This document shows positions 9,406 through 20,659 of a stretch of 64,000 bases of DNA, piece after piece. How positions within the stretch are numbered: position 1 is the stretch's first letter; the number at the start of each line of letters is the position of its first letter. The notes under the pieces were generated by a model. It was not told the DNA's origin and searched no databases. It saw nothing but the letters and a program-made list of their open reading frames with translations. The position numbers and the translations under genes are program-made. Source of the stretch: an uncultured bacterium (lineage in GTDB: Bacteria > Verrucomicrobiota > Verrucomicrobiia > Limisphaerales > UBA8199). The stretch covers positions 1 through 64,000 of the forward strand of contig CAVVMW010000027.1 in the NCBI GenBank assembly GCA_963749495.1, read 5' to 3'.

Positions 9406-12400
9406 CTATAGGTGCGGGGCAAACTTCACCGCATCGGCGATGACGTTGCCGTCGGCTTTGCTGGTGAGGGTAACGTTGCCGGCCGTACCGGCCGCGAAGG
9501 TGAAGGTGCCGAGAAGGTTCCATCGGCCGGTGTTGGCGCGAAGGTTGACCGGCACCGTCTTGGTGCCACCATCGAACTTGATGGTGAACGGCGCGTTGGA
9601 GGCGTGGTCGGAGTTGGGATCATCGCCGTGCCATTCGTACACGTCATACTGGCCGGCGACCTTGATGGCGGGCGTCCATGTGGCCGTGGCGGGGGTGTCG
9701 GTGGCGCCGGCGGCCGTGGCCCAGACAACCTCATCCTTGTAGTCATGGCCACCCGTCGCGGACGCCCAATCGCCTGCCCCTTTGAATCCGGGGTCGCCAT
9801 TGTCAATGATGATCTCGGCGGCGGTGGCCAAGGCTGGGGCGGCGGCCGGTTGCGCGGACGCCGGCTCCGACTTCAATCCCACGCTGTTGACGGTGATGAC
9901 CGCGTAGGTGTGGGTTTCGCCCAGTTTTGGCGGTGGCGTCCCGATAACGCATCTCCGGCACGGGCTGACTGGGGGTGTCGTGATAGGTCATGGACTGGAA
10001 CAATGGACGACCAAATTTGCCTACCGGCGTTCTGGGGCACGCCTGGCCAGTTCCTGCCCGTCGCGCAGGATGATGAACTGTCGGATGCCGCTTTCAAAGT
10101 CAGCCTCTGCACTCCAGTCTGACTTCCATGCCTTGGTCACCCTTGGGCGTGGCCGTGACATTGAACGGAGCGGGAGGCGGTGTGGTGTCACCCACTGCGC
10201 CGGTTTTGACATATTCCATATACGCCTTGGCCACGGCCTCATTGGGCAGCCACACGGATTCCTTCAGGTCGCCCTTGAACTCGGCTGCAGGCACGGCCTT
10301 GTCAGGACTCTTGAGTGACGCAAGCCATACGTGGCTTCGATCCATGGGTTTTAGGGTCTGATCCTGGCTGCCCTTTTCCGGCAGCCGCATGGCCAGGCAG
10401 GCGTCCAGATAAGGGATGGCGAAGTAGCGGCTGTCACCGCACTCGTGCTCGGTGCGAGGGTCGTGGGCAAAACCGATGACTGCGTCCTGATCGCGATACT
10501 GCTTGAATGTCCTCATCAGCTTGTCCGTGATCCACTCCTCCTTGATGCCGCAACTGAGCATCATGGGGATGCCACAGGCTGCGGGTGTAACCGTGGTGGG
10601 GGGGACTTGCAGGGGCCGATCGAAGAAGACGGGCTGCGAGCCGGATCGACAGTAAACGGCTATGACGCGGTCAGGATGCAGGGTGCTCATGATGTCGGAC
10701 CAGATCCCGCCTGCAGAGTGACCCCAGAGAACCCACGGCACGGTCGCGAGTTCCGCGTGACCGGTCTTGGACGGAAAAATCATCGCAGGGCCTTGAGGAA
10801 GGTCTTCTCTGACCCGCGACGTGGATCCATCCAATAGATGGACCCGGCAGCGCCCCAGTCACCGTCGTTCATTACGTGGTAGCAGGGCCCCAGCAGGGCA
10901 CAGTCCCACTTCCTGGCCAGAGCCTGCCAGTGCAGGTCATAAGCGGCAGTGGACCCTTCTTTGGAAGCGGTCATGCCTGCACCGTGCTGGTGAACGATGA
11001 TGCCACGTAGGGTCGTGACACCATCAGGAATCCAGAGGGTGTAGGTGACTGCGAAGCGCAACTGGCCTTCATCAGAGATGCCTGGATAGTACATCTTCAC
11101 GTACTGACCGGTGTAGCCCACAGGCGGCGTGCGGTCGGCCACTGTCTTGGCAGCAGCCAGGAAATCTTCAGCCAAGCGAGGTGAAGGTATCGGACCGGGT
11201 GCGCCTCGCGGGGATGTCGCAGCAGCCACAGGAGCTGCCTTCTCAATGATGAATTCCACGACTGACTTCGGGTCTTTCGGCGAAAGCGGAAAATGCCCTT
11301 CGCCCTCCCTGACGATAACCGTGATCTTTCCGCCAAGTTCCTTATAACGAGTCTCGACAACGCGAGTCTGGCTTTCCAACCAGGGATCCGAGGCGCCGCA
11401 GTCGTGCAGGACCGGCACGTTTGCCTTCGCCAACGCCGCAAGGTTGTCAATCGGTTGCGCGTTGCCCGCCATGGAGACTGTGCATGTAGCGGATTCCGGG
11501 CATAAATGCAGGCGACCTTGCCCGGGTTCGCAATCGCCCAGGCGTAGGCTTCGCCGGCCTTCGGCCCGGTCCCTTTCAACACCGGCTTGCTCGAGAATCC
11601 ATTATCCACAAGGAGTTTGTAGGTATCGTCCCACCGCTTTCGCTCCGCACCCCCTCCTCCGAGCGGGCGATCACAATGTGGTAGCCCTTCGCCAGCAGCG
11701 CCTGCTCGACGGTCGAATCCCTCTCGATAAGCATCCCCCGTGAACACCCAGGGTTTTCCCTGCGCCACGGTCTTGGGCACAATGATCAATATGCCGTCCG
11801 ACCCTGAAGGTGCCGCGGATTATTGGCGTAGTAGCGGTCGTAACACTCCGTGAACCCCGGCCCCCGGGCCGTGGCATAGGTGTTCTCTTCCTTGAGAAAG
11901 ATGTAGGAAGGCTCGAGGCTGTAGTAATACCTCTTCGCGTAGGTTCGCATTCACGAAAGCGGGCCGGTTGGCCGTGGACCGTGTCATGTGCTGCTCGATC
12001 CAATCGGCAATCGGCTTAGGATTCTGCAAGCTATGCGGGTGATGGGCGTGGCCTTCCTTGATCATCACCGTGATCAGGCCACCGGCCTGATGGTAGATGT
12101 CCTCGATGGCCAGAGTGTTCTGCCGCAACAGAGAATCCTCAGTGCCGCCAAGCTCCAATATCGGTACGTCCTGCTTGGCCAGCTCTGGAATCCTGGCGAA
12201 GTCTTCCTCGTACAGTGCGCAATTATCGGCATAGATGCACGCCACTTTGTCGGGATTGACCACGCCCCAGTTGAACTCATTCACGCCGCCTTTGCTCATC
12301 CCGATGAAAGCGGCCTTCTTCGCCAGCCCATGCTTTTCCGCCAGGAAGGTGTACCACCTGTCCCACGCTTTGCCTTGCTTACCAGCATCGGGAGCGACGA

Positions 12401-12830
12401 ACGCGATATGGAACCCGCGCTTGAGCAGCTCGACTTCGGTTTGGGGCTCGTGGTTCCAATAGCAGCCCCGCCAGGACCACGGATAGCCGGGCGCCGCCTT
12501 CTTGGGAACGACCACCACGCACCGGCGTTTGCCGTCCTTCACCGCGGTGTCCACACCAAACCCCGCCACCTCGCCCGCGGGCGCCGTCATGGGCGTGATC
12601 ACGCCCGTGGCATCGTCCATGACGAAGTCATAACGGTCGAATCCCTCATGCCAGGTGGTCTTCTCGCCCGCGAAGGCCGCAGGGGAGGGCGGTTCGGATG
12701 GTTCGGCGCCGCTAATCCTGCCCGAGACTCCGCATGCGACAACGGCAATCGCCGTAAGACCGACAAGTTGATTTCGCTTCAAACCCGAAGAGTTGATCAT
12801 TTTCATAATTGCCAAGGTGCTTCCTCCCAT
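9406..12830 (-). CDS. Multidomain secreted protein: tandem alpha/beta-hydrolase + second hydrolase/FN3 module + C-terminal CBM-like (golvesin/Xly-type) domain; many frameshifts
   Basis: Consecutive minus-strand ORF pieces 11820-12830, 11097-11789, 10780-11472, 10100-10834, 9873-10112 and 9406-9882 join into known modules (GMSKGG, GHSAGG, IIIDNGDPGF..VIADAVKF). Confidence 0.75.
11246..12662. repeat. ~1.4 kb near-identical direct repeat, copy B
   Basis: Matches 6297-7708; carries several extra single bases at 11.45-11.95 kb. Confidence 0.95.
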
Positions 12831-12894
12831 GAAGTTTGTGCTTAATCCGGCGTTTAATCACCTGCTAAAGCATCCGGCCATTCATGAGCTTACC

Positions 12895-14245
12895 TCAGGG
12901 CGCAGCTTCCTCGGGAACAGGGGTGACGATCCACCTGGCGCCTCGCTTGAATCCCGACGGCCCTGGCTGGTTGCGCATCAGGCCGGTGAGCCTGAAATAA
13001 TTCTCGAGGTGTTTGTTGAAGATGGCCTCTCCCGCGCCGACCTCGATGATCCCGCGGTCCTGGTCGGCACCGAAGCCCCCCAACGCCGCGCCCTTGATGC
13101 TCGGCACATATCCGGGCCACTGACCCGCGTTCCAGGTGTATCCGAAGTAAAAGGGATTGGCCGCCTCGGCTTGCATCTTCGCCTTCCATTCGAGTCCAAG
13201 CTCGGCAAACAGCTCGCCCGGATTGGCCGCGATGACGATATTGTCATTGATCACGATGGTAGTCACGCGAACGTCGAAGTGCCTGGCCGGGTCGAAGCGC
13301 CCCGTAAACGCAAGGGCGGCGTCCTTATATTTGATCGTCGTTTCCTCGCCCTGGCCGCGCAAGGACTTTGCCACCTTGACCGTTTCAAACGCCAGCAACT
13401 CTCCCATCCGTTCCATCGGCCCGTAATCGGTCTTGAAGGGATCGTTCGGACCGTCTCTTCGCGGGACCGTGAACAACGGGGCAACATTGCCGGCAGCTCC
13501 ATTGACGAAGAGGCAGTTCACCCCTTTGCCAAACGCCTCCTCAACCTTCCGCGCGGCGACTCCCGGGTAATCGGCCGAGATCGCGTAACTCTGGCAGACC
13601 ACATCCGCATGGCAGGCATAGTTCATGATAATGGCCCGGGCCTGGCCGTTGGTGTCCTCCACCCGGATGACGCCCACTTCCTGGTCAACCGGCCCGAAAG
13701 GAATCCGGTCCGGGTTGATCGCGCCGTAATGATCATCGCCCATCCATGACTCGCGGGCATGGCCGTCCTCCCGGACGACCAGGCGTTTGAATCCCAACTG
13801 GGGAAAACTCTTGCGCCCGGCGGCAATCCTGGCCGGGAACATATTTGTCACCGCCAACCCCACGGCCTGGATGATTTGCTTCTCGTAGAAGGCCTTCAGG
13901 TCGCTGTACCTCGGGGGCTTTGCCGGGCTTCGAGGGGCCCGTATGATTGTGCGATGAGCAGAGGAAAACCTTTGAAATCCCGTACGTCTCTTTGCAGGCC
14001 GTTTCGACCTTCTCGCTGGTGAAGACGCCTAAGTCAACCGAGACAAATGCCAGGCGTTCGCGGTTGATTTCCAGCACCAGGCTGCGGGCGTAAACGGGAT
14101 CATGCAGTGGCTCATCGGTAACGGGAGTGATGCTCACTTTGGCCGTCCCGGCCATGAGCTTTCCCGTCGCACCCTGCGCCGGGCTGGTGAAGTTACAAAC
14201 GCCGCAGAACACCAGCGCCGCGGCAAGAATTCTCGTCGGTTTCAT
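12895..14245 (-). CDS. Neutral/alkaline ceramidase N-terminal-domain family amidohydrolase; frameshift ~13.9 kb
   Basis: AGTAKVSITP, HDPVYARSLVL, SSHNHTGP, NYACHA, ISADYPG, NGAAGN, PGELF. Confidence 0.8.
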
Positions 14246-14312
14246 ATATCTTCTCATTGATTGACTGATTCACTGATTCAAGGCCTGATCGGTTTCACCC
14301 GCGAGTCCGCTT

Positions 14313-17300
14313 TCAGTTGGCGGGGGCGATCTCCGCGTTCAAATGCGCCGCCTCGCCGGGCTTGAGGGTGACGGTTCCGGTTTTCTGACCGTAACGAACC
14401 TTGACTGCTCCGCCCTTGAGGTTGTGGAGGTCGGCAGCCTGCAATTTGCCATTCTTCCATTGAATGCTCACGTCATACCCGGCGCGGGCGCGCAGGCCCG
14501 AGACTGAGCCGTCATCCCAACCCACAGGCAATGCGGGCAGCAAGCTGATTTCGCCGGCATGGCTCTGCACCAACGCCTCGGCCACCGCCGCTGTAAAGCC
14601 GAAGCTGGCGTCGGACTGGTTAGCGCCGGCATTGTGCAAGTTCGGCGCCGGGCACCGGCCCATGTAGGTTTCGATGCATTTGGCAACCTGGTCGCCACGC
14701 TCCAAACGGGCCCACATCGCGATGCCCCACGAGAGGATGAACCCGCCGCCCGGCCGGTGGGCTTCCATCCATTTCCTGTAAGCGGCGGCGAATTCCGGGT
14801 TACCGCGCAATGTAATCGAGCTTCCGGGATAGAAGGCGAAATTGGGCGAGACGTTGTGCCCTTGTGGGCCGGTCTTCCAATCTTCGATCCATTCCTGGAC
14901 AAATCCGGAGCTGCCGATTTGATAGGGCGGCATCTTCGTCAACGCGTCTTCCAGTTTGGCCCGCAACTCGGTGTCCACGCCCAGGAGTTTGCTGGCTTCG
15001 ATGCAATGCGGGAACAACTCGCGCATGATGGCAACATCCATCGTCGGCGAGGGCGATAGGACGGCGGGCTTGCCATTGGCGTCGAAATAGCCGTGCTCCG
15101 GCGACATGGAGAACGGTGTGACCAGCCAATGGTGCTTGGGCTCGACGATCATGAAGTTCAGCAGGAACCTGGCGCAGTCTCTCAACGTCGGATAATACTT
15201 CCTGAGAAAATCCACATCCCCGCCAAAGGCGTAGTGCTCCCATAAGCTCTGGCAGAGCCAGGCGCCGCCGACCGGCCACATGCCGAACCGGGCCGCGTCC
15301 ACCGGCGCGGTTCCGCGCCAGAGATCGATGTTATGATGGGTGACCCAGCCGTCCACGCCGTAATAGACCTTCGCCGTCTTGGCGCCCGTTTCGGAAATGT
15401 CCTGAATCACGTCAAACAAGGGCTGGGCGCATTCCGGCAGGTTGCAGACCTCGGCGGGCCAGTAGTTCATCTCGGTGTTGATGTTGATGGTGTATTTGCT
15501 GCCCCAGGGCGGAAGCACGTCTTCGTCCCAAATGCCCTGCAAGTTGGCCGGTTGGCCGCCCGCGCGGCTGCTGGCGGCCAGGATGTATCGGCCGAGCTGA
15601 AACACCAATGCCTCCAGGTTCGGATCACGAGCTCCCGTTTTCACTGCGGCGAGCCGCTCGTCAACGGGCTTGGCGTTTTGCGCCGCGTCGCCCACGTGCA
15701 GATGAACGCGCCCCATTAATCCGCGAAAATCCGCCTCGTGGCGACTGCGAAGGCCGGCGTAATCCTTGCCGGCGCAGTCGGCCAGGACCTTCTGGCACTG
15801 CGCGGCTGGATCGCCGCTGATGTCGTGGTAATTGCGGTAGCTGGTCGCCGTGGTGAGAATCAACGTGACGGCGTCCGCCTGCCGGATGCGCACCCTGTCC
15901 GCAGTGGCCTCCGATTGGCCGCCTTCGGCGCGGGCCGCCATGGCGGCTTCAAAGCGGAAGCCCTCGCCTTCGACCGGGGCGATCAGCCAGTTGGTTTGCG
16001 AGCCCGGCCTCCTCCACGTTCCATCCAGGACCAGCTTGCCGGGCGTAGCGGTGATCTTGTCCACAAATGCGGCGGGACTCTTGAAACGCGCCTCGACCGA
16101 TACGGAGCCGGGCTTGTCCGCCGAGATACGCACCACCAGCACACGGTCCGGGTAGGAGATGAAGGTCTCGCGGGTGTAGGATACGCCGCCGGAACGATAG
16201 GTGACCGTAGCGACGCCAGTCTCCATGTCCAGCTCACGGCGATAATCGGCGACTTCGCCCACGGCGTCGAAGGTAAGCGACAAATCGCCGATGGGCTGAT
16301 AGGCCTGCTGGCCCTTGGGGATGCCCCAGAAATGGTCGTCGGCCATTTTTTCAGCCTCCTGGAATTTCTGCTCCGCCATCAGCGCTTTGATTTGATCGAA
16401 ATACCGGCCCGCGTTCGGGTCGTCGTAATCATGGGGCTTTCCGGACCAGAAGCTCGAGTTGTTCAAGGCGATCCGCTCCGTTTTTGTTCCGCCAAAAACC
16501 ATGGCGGCGGTTAGCCCGTTGCCCAGGGGCATCGCCTCCAGCCACTTGACGGCCGGTTGGCGATACCAGAGCGTCATCTCCCCGCGCCCGCCGGCGGGCC
16601 TGGAAATGGACTCGGCAGAACCCGTTGCCTTCTTCTCCCCTTGCGCCGCCGCAGCGGACGGCTCTGATTTCAGGCCCACGCCGTTGACCGTGAGGACGGC
16701 GTAAGAGTGGTTTTCGCCAGGCTGAGCGGACGCATCAACATATCTCATTTGCGGCAGGGGTTGACTTGGCGTGTCGTGGTACGTCATGGACTGGAACAAC
16801 GGGCGCCCGAATCTCCCCATCGGGTTTGGCGGCACCTGGGCCAATTCCTGCCCGTCGCGCAGCACGATGAAATTCCGAATGCCGCTCTCGAAATCGGCCT
16901 CCGCGTTCCAGGAGATTTCGGTTTGCTGGTCTCCTTTGGGCGACACGTGCACATCGAACGGAGCCGGCGGCGGCGTGGTGTCGCTCACGGCGCCCGTCTT
17001 CACATACTCCATCCAGGCATTGGCCACCGCCTCGTTTGGCAGCCACACGGCCGCCTGCGAGTCGCCCTTGAACGCCGCGGCCGGCTGCGCCTCATCGCCC
17101 AGCAACGGGGCCAGCCAACCCTGGCTCAGGTCCACCGGCTTGAGCGCCTGGTTCTGGCTGCCCTTGTCGGGTAGGCGCATTGCCAGGCAGGCATCGAAAA
17201 ATGGGATCGCCAGGTAGCGGCAGTCGCCGCATTCATGCCCGGTGCGCGGGTCGGGCGCGAAACCAATGGGCGCGCCCTTGGCGCGATATTCCTGGAAGGT

Positions 17301-19202
17301 CGCCAGCGGGCCGCGCCAGGGGGTGTTTGGCTTCTCCTTAATTCCTGGATTACACATCGTCGGAACACCGTAAGCCGCCGCGGGGACTTCGGGCTGGGGG
17401 AATTCAGGCCGGGTGCGAAACATCGCGGCCGAACCGGAGCGCAGCCAGGCGGCGACCACGCGCTCGGGATGCAGGGTGGTCATGACGTCGGACCAGATGC
17501 CGCCGCCTGAGTGTCCCCAGAGCGCCCAGGGGATGGTTTCCAATTCGGGGTGGCCGGACTTGGCGGAGAGCTCGCTCAGGGCTTTGAGAAAGGTTTTCTC
17601 GGAGCTCCGGCGGGGATCGAACCACCATTCGGAGCCGCCCGGCGTGAGGTCGGTCTTTTCGTTCAGCACATGGTAGGAGGGCCCGAGCAAGGCGCAGTCC
17701 CATTTCCGGGCCAGGGCCTGCCAGTGCAGGTCATAAGCCGCAGTGGAGCCCTCAATGGAGGCCGTGGTGCCCGCACCGTGCTGGTGGACGATGAGGCCGC
17801 GCAGGCGGGGGGCGCCCTCGGGAATCCACAGGGTGTAGGTGACGGCGATCTGCAGTTCGTTGGTCGCGGTCGAGGCGGGATAATCCACTTTCACGTAACG
17901 GCCGCCTCGAAACGCGCTGAATTGAGGCTGGGCTGAGGCCGTCGACCCAGGCGGGATCAGCGCCTGGACTACGTTCGTGTTGAACCGGCAGTTCTCGGCT
18001 TTGGCATTCTCGGCCAAGTCGAACAAGGCCCTGGCTGCGATTTCGCGGGAAGGCCGCTCGCCGCCCCGGCTCCAATACTCGACGACGGTCCTGAAATCAT
18101 CCGGACGCCGAATCGTGAGCGTGCAGGACCCGGAGTTCACCTTCTTGTGCGGCCACCACGCCCAGCCAATATGGTTTTTCTCGACCAGGGCCACGCAGTC
18201 GCGAAACCATTGGTCGTTATTTTCACCGCTTTCGCCGAGCCACAGCGGGACCCGGTGCTTTTCCCGGAGGGCGAGGAAGCGAGCGATGGCTTCCTGGGTG
18301 TTGGGGTTCCAATATTTGTGAAAGCTCAGGACCATGTTCGAGTCCCACGGGCCGGGAAATCCGTTGTAGTTGTTGCCCCAGCCGTTGCCCTCAATGATGA
18401 CAATGTGGTTGGTATCGACTTCCCGGACCGCCTTGCTGATGGCCTGATACAGTTCCCAGAGCGGTTGGTTCCGGGTATCCTCCCTGCCGTTCTTGTCTTT
18501 CCCTTCAAAGGTCCAGTTAGGTTCGTTGAGCAGATCATACCCGCCGATCCACGGCTCCCAGGCATAGCGCCCGGCCAATTTGCGCCAAAGCGCGATGGTC
18601 TTTTGCCGGTTCAAGCCACTCTCCCAAAGCGACGGTTTGGCGGGATCGTAATCCGAAATGTTGGCGTCCTTGCCTTGCCCGCCGGGAGCCGCGTGCAGGT
18701 CTAGAATCAAGTGCATCTGATTCGCCTTGCACCAGCCAAGCAGGTTGTCGAGCATCGCAAAGCCCGTTTCGAGCCAGGTGTTGACGCCTTTGACGGGCTC
18801 TTCTTCAATGGGCAGCGTGAACAGATTATAGTGCATCGGCACGCGGATGCTGTTGAAGCCTGACTTGGCCAGCAGATCGACGTCCGCGCGGCCCATGTGG
18901 TTTTGCCGCCAGAGCTGGTAGAACTTCTCGCAATCCTCCTTCCCGACCAAGTCGGTGATCCGCGCCTTGATCGAATGCTGGGTGCCTTCTCGGTTGATGC
19001 CGAGCATGTAGCCTTCTTGCAGCATCCAGCCCCCGAGTCCCATCCCGCGCAAGATGACCTCCCGTCCCTGGGCATCAACGATCCGCCCCTCCTGAGCCCG
19101 GAGGAAGCCTGCCGGTTCGGCTCGCCCCGCCCCGATGATGCATGCGAAGAACAACGACAAGATCAATACTCTCTTCATAAGCTTTTTATGCTGTCGGCTC
19201 AC
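14313..19202 (-). CDS. GH5 + alpha/beta-hydrolase + FN3-like + GH95 alpha-L-fucosidase fusion (1629 aa)
   Basis: GH5: GLGGWMLQEGY, YDLLNEP, LWLGESGEN; GHSGGG esterase; GH95: WLEAMPLGNG, PANLQGIW, YTININTEMNYW; single open frame. Confidence 0.9.
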   Translation of the reverse strand: MSRQHKKLMKRVLILSLFFACIIGAGRAEPAGFLRAQEGRIVDAQGREVILRGMGLGGWMLQEGYMLGINREGTQHSIKARITDLVGKEDCEKFYQLWRQNHMGRADVDLLAKSGFNSIRVPMHYNLFTLPIEEEPVKGVNTWLETGFAMLDNLLGWCKANQMHLILDLHAAPGGQGKDANISDYDPAKPSLWESGLNRQKTIALWRKLAGRYAWEPWIGGYDLLNEPNWTFEGKDKNGREDTRNQPLWELYQAISKAVREVDTNHIVIIEGNGWGNNYNGFPGPWDSNMVLSFHKYWNPNTQEAIARFLALREKHRVPLWLGESGENNDQWFRDCVALVEKNHIGWAWWPHKKVNSGSCTLTIRRPDDFRTVVEYWSRGGERPSREIAARALFDLAENAKAENCRFNTNVVQALIPPGSTASAQPQFSAFRGGRYVKVDYPASTATNELQIAVTYTLWIPEGAPRLRGLIVHQHGAGTTASIEGSTAAYDLHWQALARKWDCALLGPSYHVLNEKTDLTPGGSEWWFDPRRSSEKTFLKALSELSAKSGHPELETIPWALWGHSGGGIWSDVMTTLHPERVVAAWLRSGSAAMFRTRPEFPQPEVPAAAYGVPTMCNPGIKEKPNTPWRGPLATFQEYRAKGAPIGFAPDPRTGHECGDCRYLAIPFFDACLAMRLPDKGSQNQALKPVDLSQGWLAPLLGDEAQPAAAFKGDSQAAVWLPNEAVANAWMEYVKTGAVSDTTPPPAPFDVHVSPKGDQQTEISWNAEADFESGIRNFIVLRDGQELAQVPPNPMGRFGRPLFQSMTYHDTPSQPLPQMRYVDASAQPGENHSYAVLTVNGVGLKSEPSAAAAQGEKKATGSAESISRPAGGRGEMTLWYRQPAVKWLEAMPLGNGLTAAMVFGGTKTERIALNNSSFWSGKPHDYDDPNAGRYFDQIKALMAEQKFQEAEKMADDHFWGIPKGQQAYQPIGDLSLTFDAVGEVADYRRELDMETGVATVTYRSGGVSYTRETFISYPDRVLVVRISADKPGSVSVEARFKSPAAFVDKITATPGKLVLDGTWRRPGSQTNWLIAPVEGEGFRFEAAMAARAEGGQSEATADRVRIRQADAVTLILTTATSYRNYHDISGDPAAQCQKVLADCAGKDYAGLRSRHEADFRGLMGRVHLHVGDAAQNAKPVDERLAAVKTGARDPNLEALVFQLGRYILAASSRAGGQPANLQGIWDEDVLPPWGSKYTININTEMNYWPAEVCNLPECAQPLFDVIQDISETGAKTAKVYYGVDGWVTHHNIDLWRGTAPVDAARFGMWPVGGAWLCQSLWEHYAFGGDVDFLRKYYPTLRDCARFLLNFMIVEPKHHWLVTPFSMSPEHGYFDANGKPAVLSPSPTMDVAIMRELFPHCIEASKLLGVDTELRAKLEDALTKMPPYQIGSSGFVQEWIEDWKTGPQGHNVSPNFAFYPGSSITLRGNPEFAAAYRKWMEAHRPGGGFILSWGIAMWARLERGDQVAKCIETYMGRCPAPNLHNAGANQSDASFGFTAAVAEALVQSHAGEISLLPALPVGWDDGSVSGLRARAGYDVSIQWKNGKLQAADLHNLKGGAVKVRYGQKTGTVTLKPGEAAHLNAEIAPAN

Positions 19203-20476
19203 GGCTCACTAGCACTGTTGCCCAGCGTTACTGCGATTTTGGTGTGGTTGGTCACGCGCGGTTTGCCACTGAAGATGTTGTCCGACACGGCCGCTTGCCG
19301 CACCCCTTCACCCAACTCGAGCTGCGGTTTGTCCTCCCGGAACTCGCAGCCGCGCACCAGGATTTTGCCGCTTTGGGCTTGGATCGCGTGGCGGCCTTCC
19401 TTCTTTTGGTCCCATTGCACGAACGTGCAATCGCTGAAACCGACGGTGCCGCGTCCGCCAATTTTGGCGATCTGGTTGCAAGGCCCCCAAAAGGCGCAAT
19501 TCACAAACCGCACCGCGCCACTGTGGTTGGTGCTGACAGCGACCATGGTGGGGTCGGGGCCGTGGAAGGAGACGAATTCACCGTTCGAGATGAGCAAACC
19601 GAAGGGCGCCGAGTTCTCGACCACGACCGCGGTGAAGCAGTCATCAGCGCCGATGCCCAGAAAGTTGCCGTTGCAGACGCCGGCGCGGGTCTGCGTGAAC
19701 TTATAACCGATGTTGTAGCCAAAACAGAACGTGTTAAACACGTACTGCCAATCGCTTCGGGCGAAGATGAAGGCTTCCCCGTGCTCCTGTTGCCATTTGA
19801 ACAGCTTCGGCTGCATGCTCCACCAGGGATTGAAATGGACGTTCTCGATCCGGCCAATGTCGTAGATGTCATCCACGTAGATGCCGCGGCGGAGGGGCTG
19901 CCCCGAGACGTCGCGCACGAGGTGCCGCTCGTTGTGGGCGGCGTCGATCCCGTTGTACGGGTTGAGCATCTCGACGGCCAGCACCGCCGGGTTCTTCCCG
20001 CGCATCGCGATGGCATAGGGATAAGGCTTGGGTTCGTCGGCCGGGTTCTGGTTCGGGTAATAGAGCACGACGCCTTTGAGCGTGCTGTTGTCGTGCAGCG
20101 TAATGAACGCCTGGCCTTCCTCCTTGTCCTGGTTTTCCGTGACCAGGAAAGTCGTTCCATCATCGGTCGGTTTGGCCGCGCCTCGGTTTCGTATGCCGAC
20201 GTGCGACGGCACCGATTCCCAAACGCCCCGTAGCGTGACCGCGGCCGGGACATTGAGGCGGCCCGCGAAGAAGTAGTTGCCGCGAGGCGCATAAACCACC
20301 CCGCCTCCAGCCTCGCTGGCGGCGTCCAGGGCCTTTTGGAAAGCAGCGGTGTCGTCGGTCTGGCCATCGCCCTTGGCGCCGAAATCACCAACGGGGTAAA
20401 GGTCCGGGTTTGGGGCCGCCGCGGCCAGAAAAGCGGTGGCAATGAGTGTCAGGAGCGTGTTGGTGAATCGTTTCAT
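19199..20476 (-). CDS. Pectate lyase superfamily 3 / GH28-related beta-helix protein
   Basis: Signal peptide; DFGAKGDGQTDDTAAFQKALD, VYAPRGNY, GRIENVHFNP. Confidence 0.8.
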   Translation of the reverse strand: MKRFTNTLLTLIATAFLAAAAPNPDLYPVGDFGAKGDGQTDDTAAFQKALDAASEAGGGVVYAPRGNYFFAGRLNVPAAVTLRGVWESVPSHVGIRNRGAAKPTDDGTTFLVTENQDKEEGQAFITLHDNSTLKGVVLYYPNQNPADEPKPYPYAIAMRGKNPAVLAVEMLNPYNGIDAAHNERHLVRDVSGQPLRRGIYVDDIYDIGRIENVHFNPWWSMQPKLFKWQQEHGEAFIFARSDWQYVFNTFCFGYNIGYKFTQTRAGVCNGNFLGIGADDCFTAVVVENSAPFGLLISNGEFVSFHGPDPTMVAVSTNHSGAVRFVNCAFWGPCNQIAKIGGRGTVGFSDCTFVQWDQKKEGRHAIQAQSGKILVRGCEFREDKPQLELGEGVRQAAVSDNIFSGKPRVTNHTKIAVTLGNSASEP

Positions 20477-20585
20477 GCCAGTTTTCACGTTTTGCATAGC
20501 ACCCGTCATGTCGCAAAAGGTCCGCGCTGGGACCCTAATCGACCGAGCGTTCGAAACAGAATGGGCATGTTTCGGCCGGGGCGCT

Positions 20586-20603
20586 ATCCCCGAATACGGG
20601 GAT
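20586..20603. promoter_or_regulatory. Palindrome ATCCCCG-N4-CGGGGAT, candidate NarL/LuxR operator
   Basis: Perfect 7-4-7 inverted repeat in the divergent intergenic region between the CAZyme cluster and the two-component genes. Confidence 0.5.
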
Positions 20604-20659
20604 GGCCAGAAACCACCCGCTGAGTTGCCATTCTCCACCAAAAGAGCCAACACTGGCGC

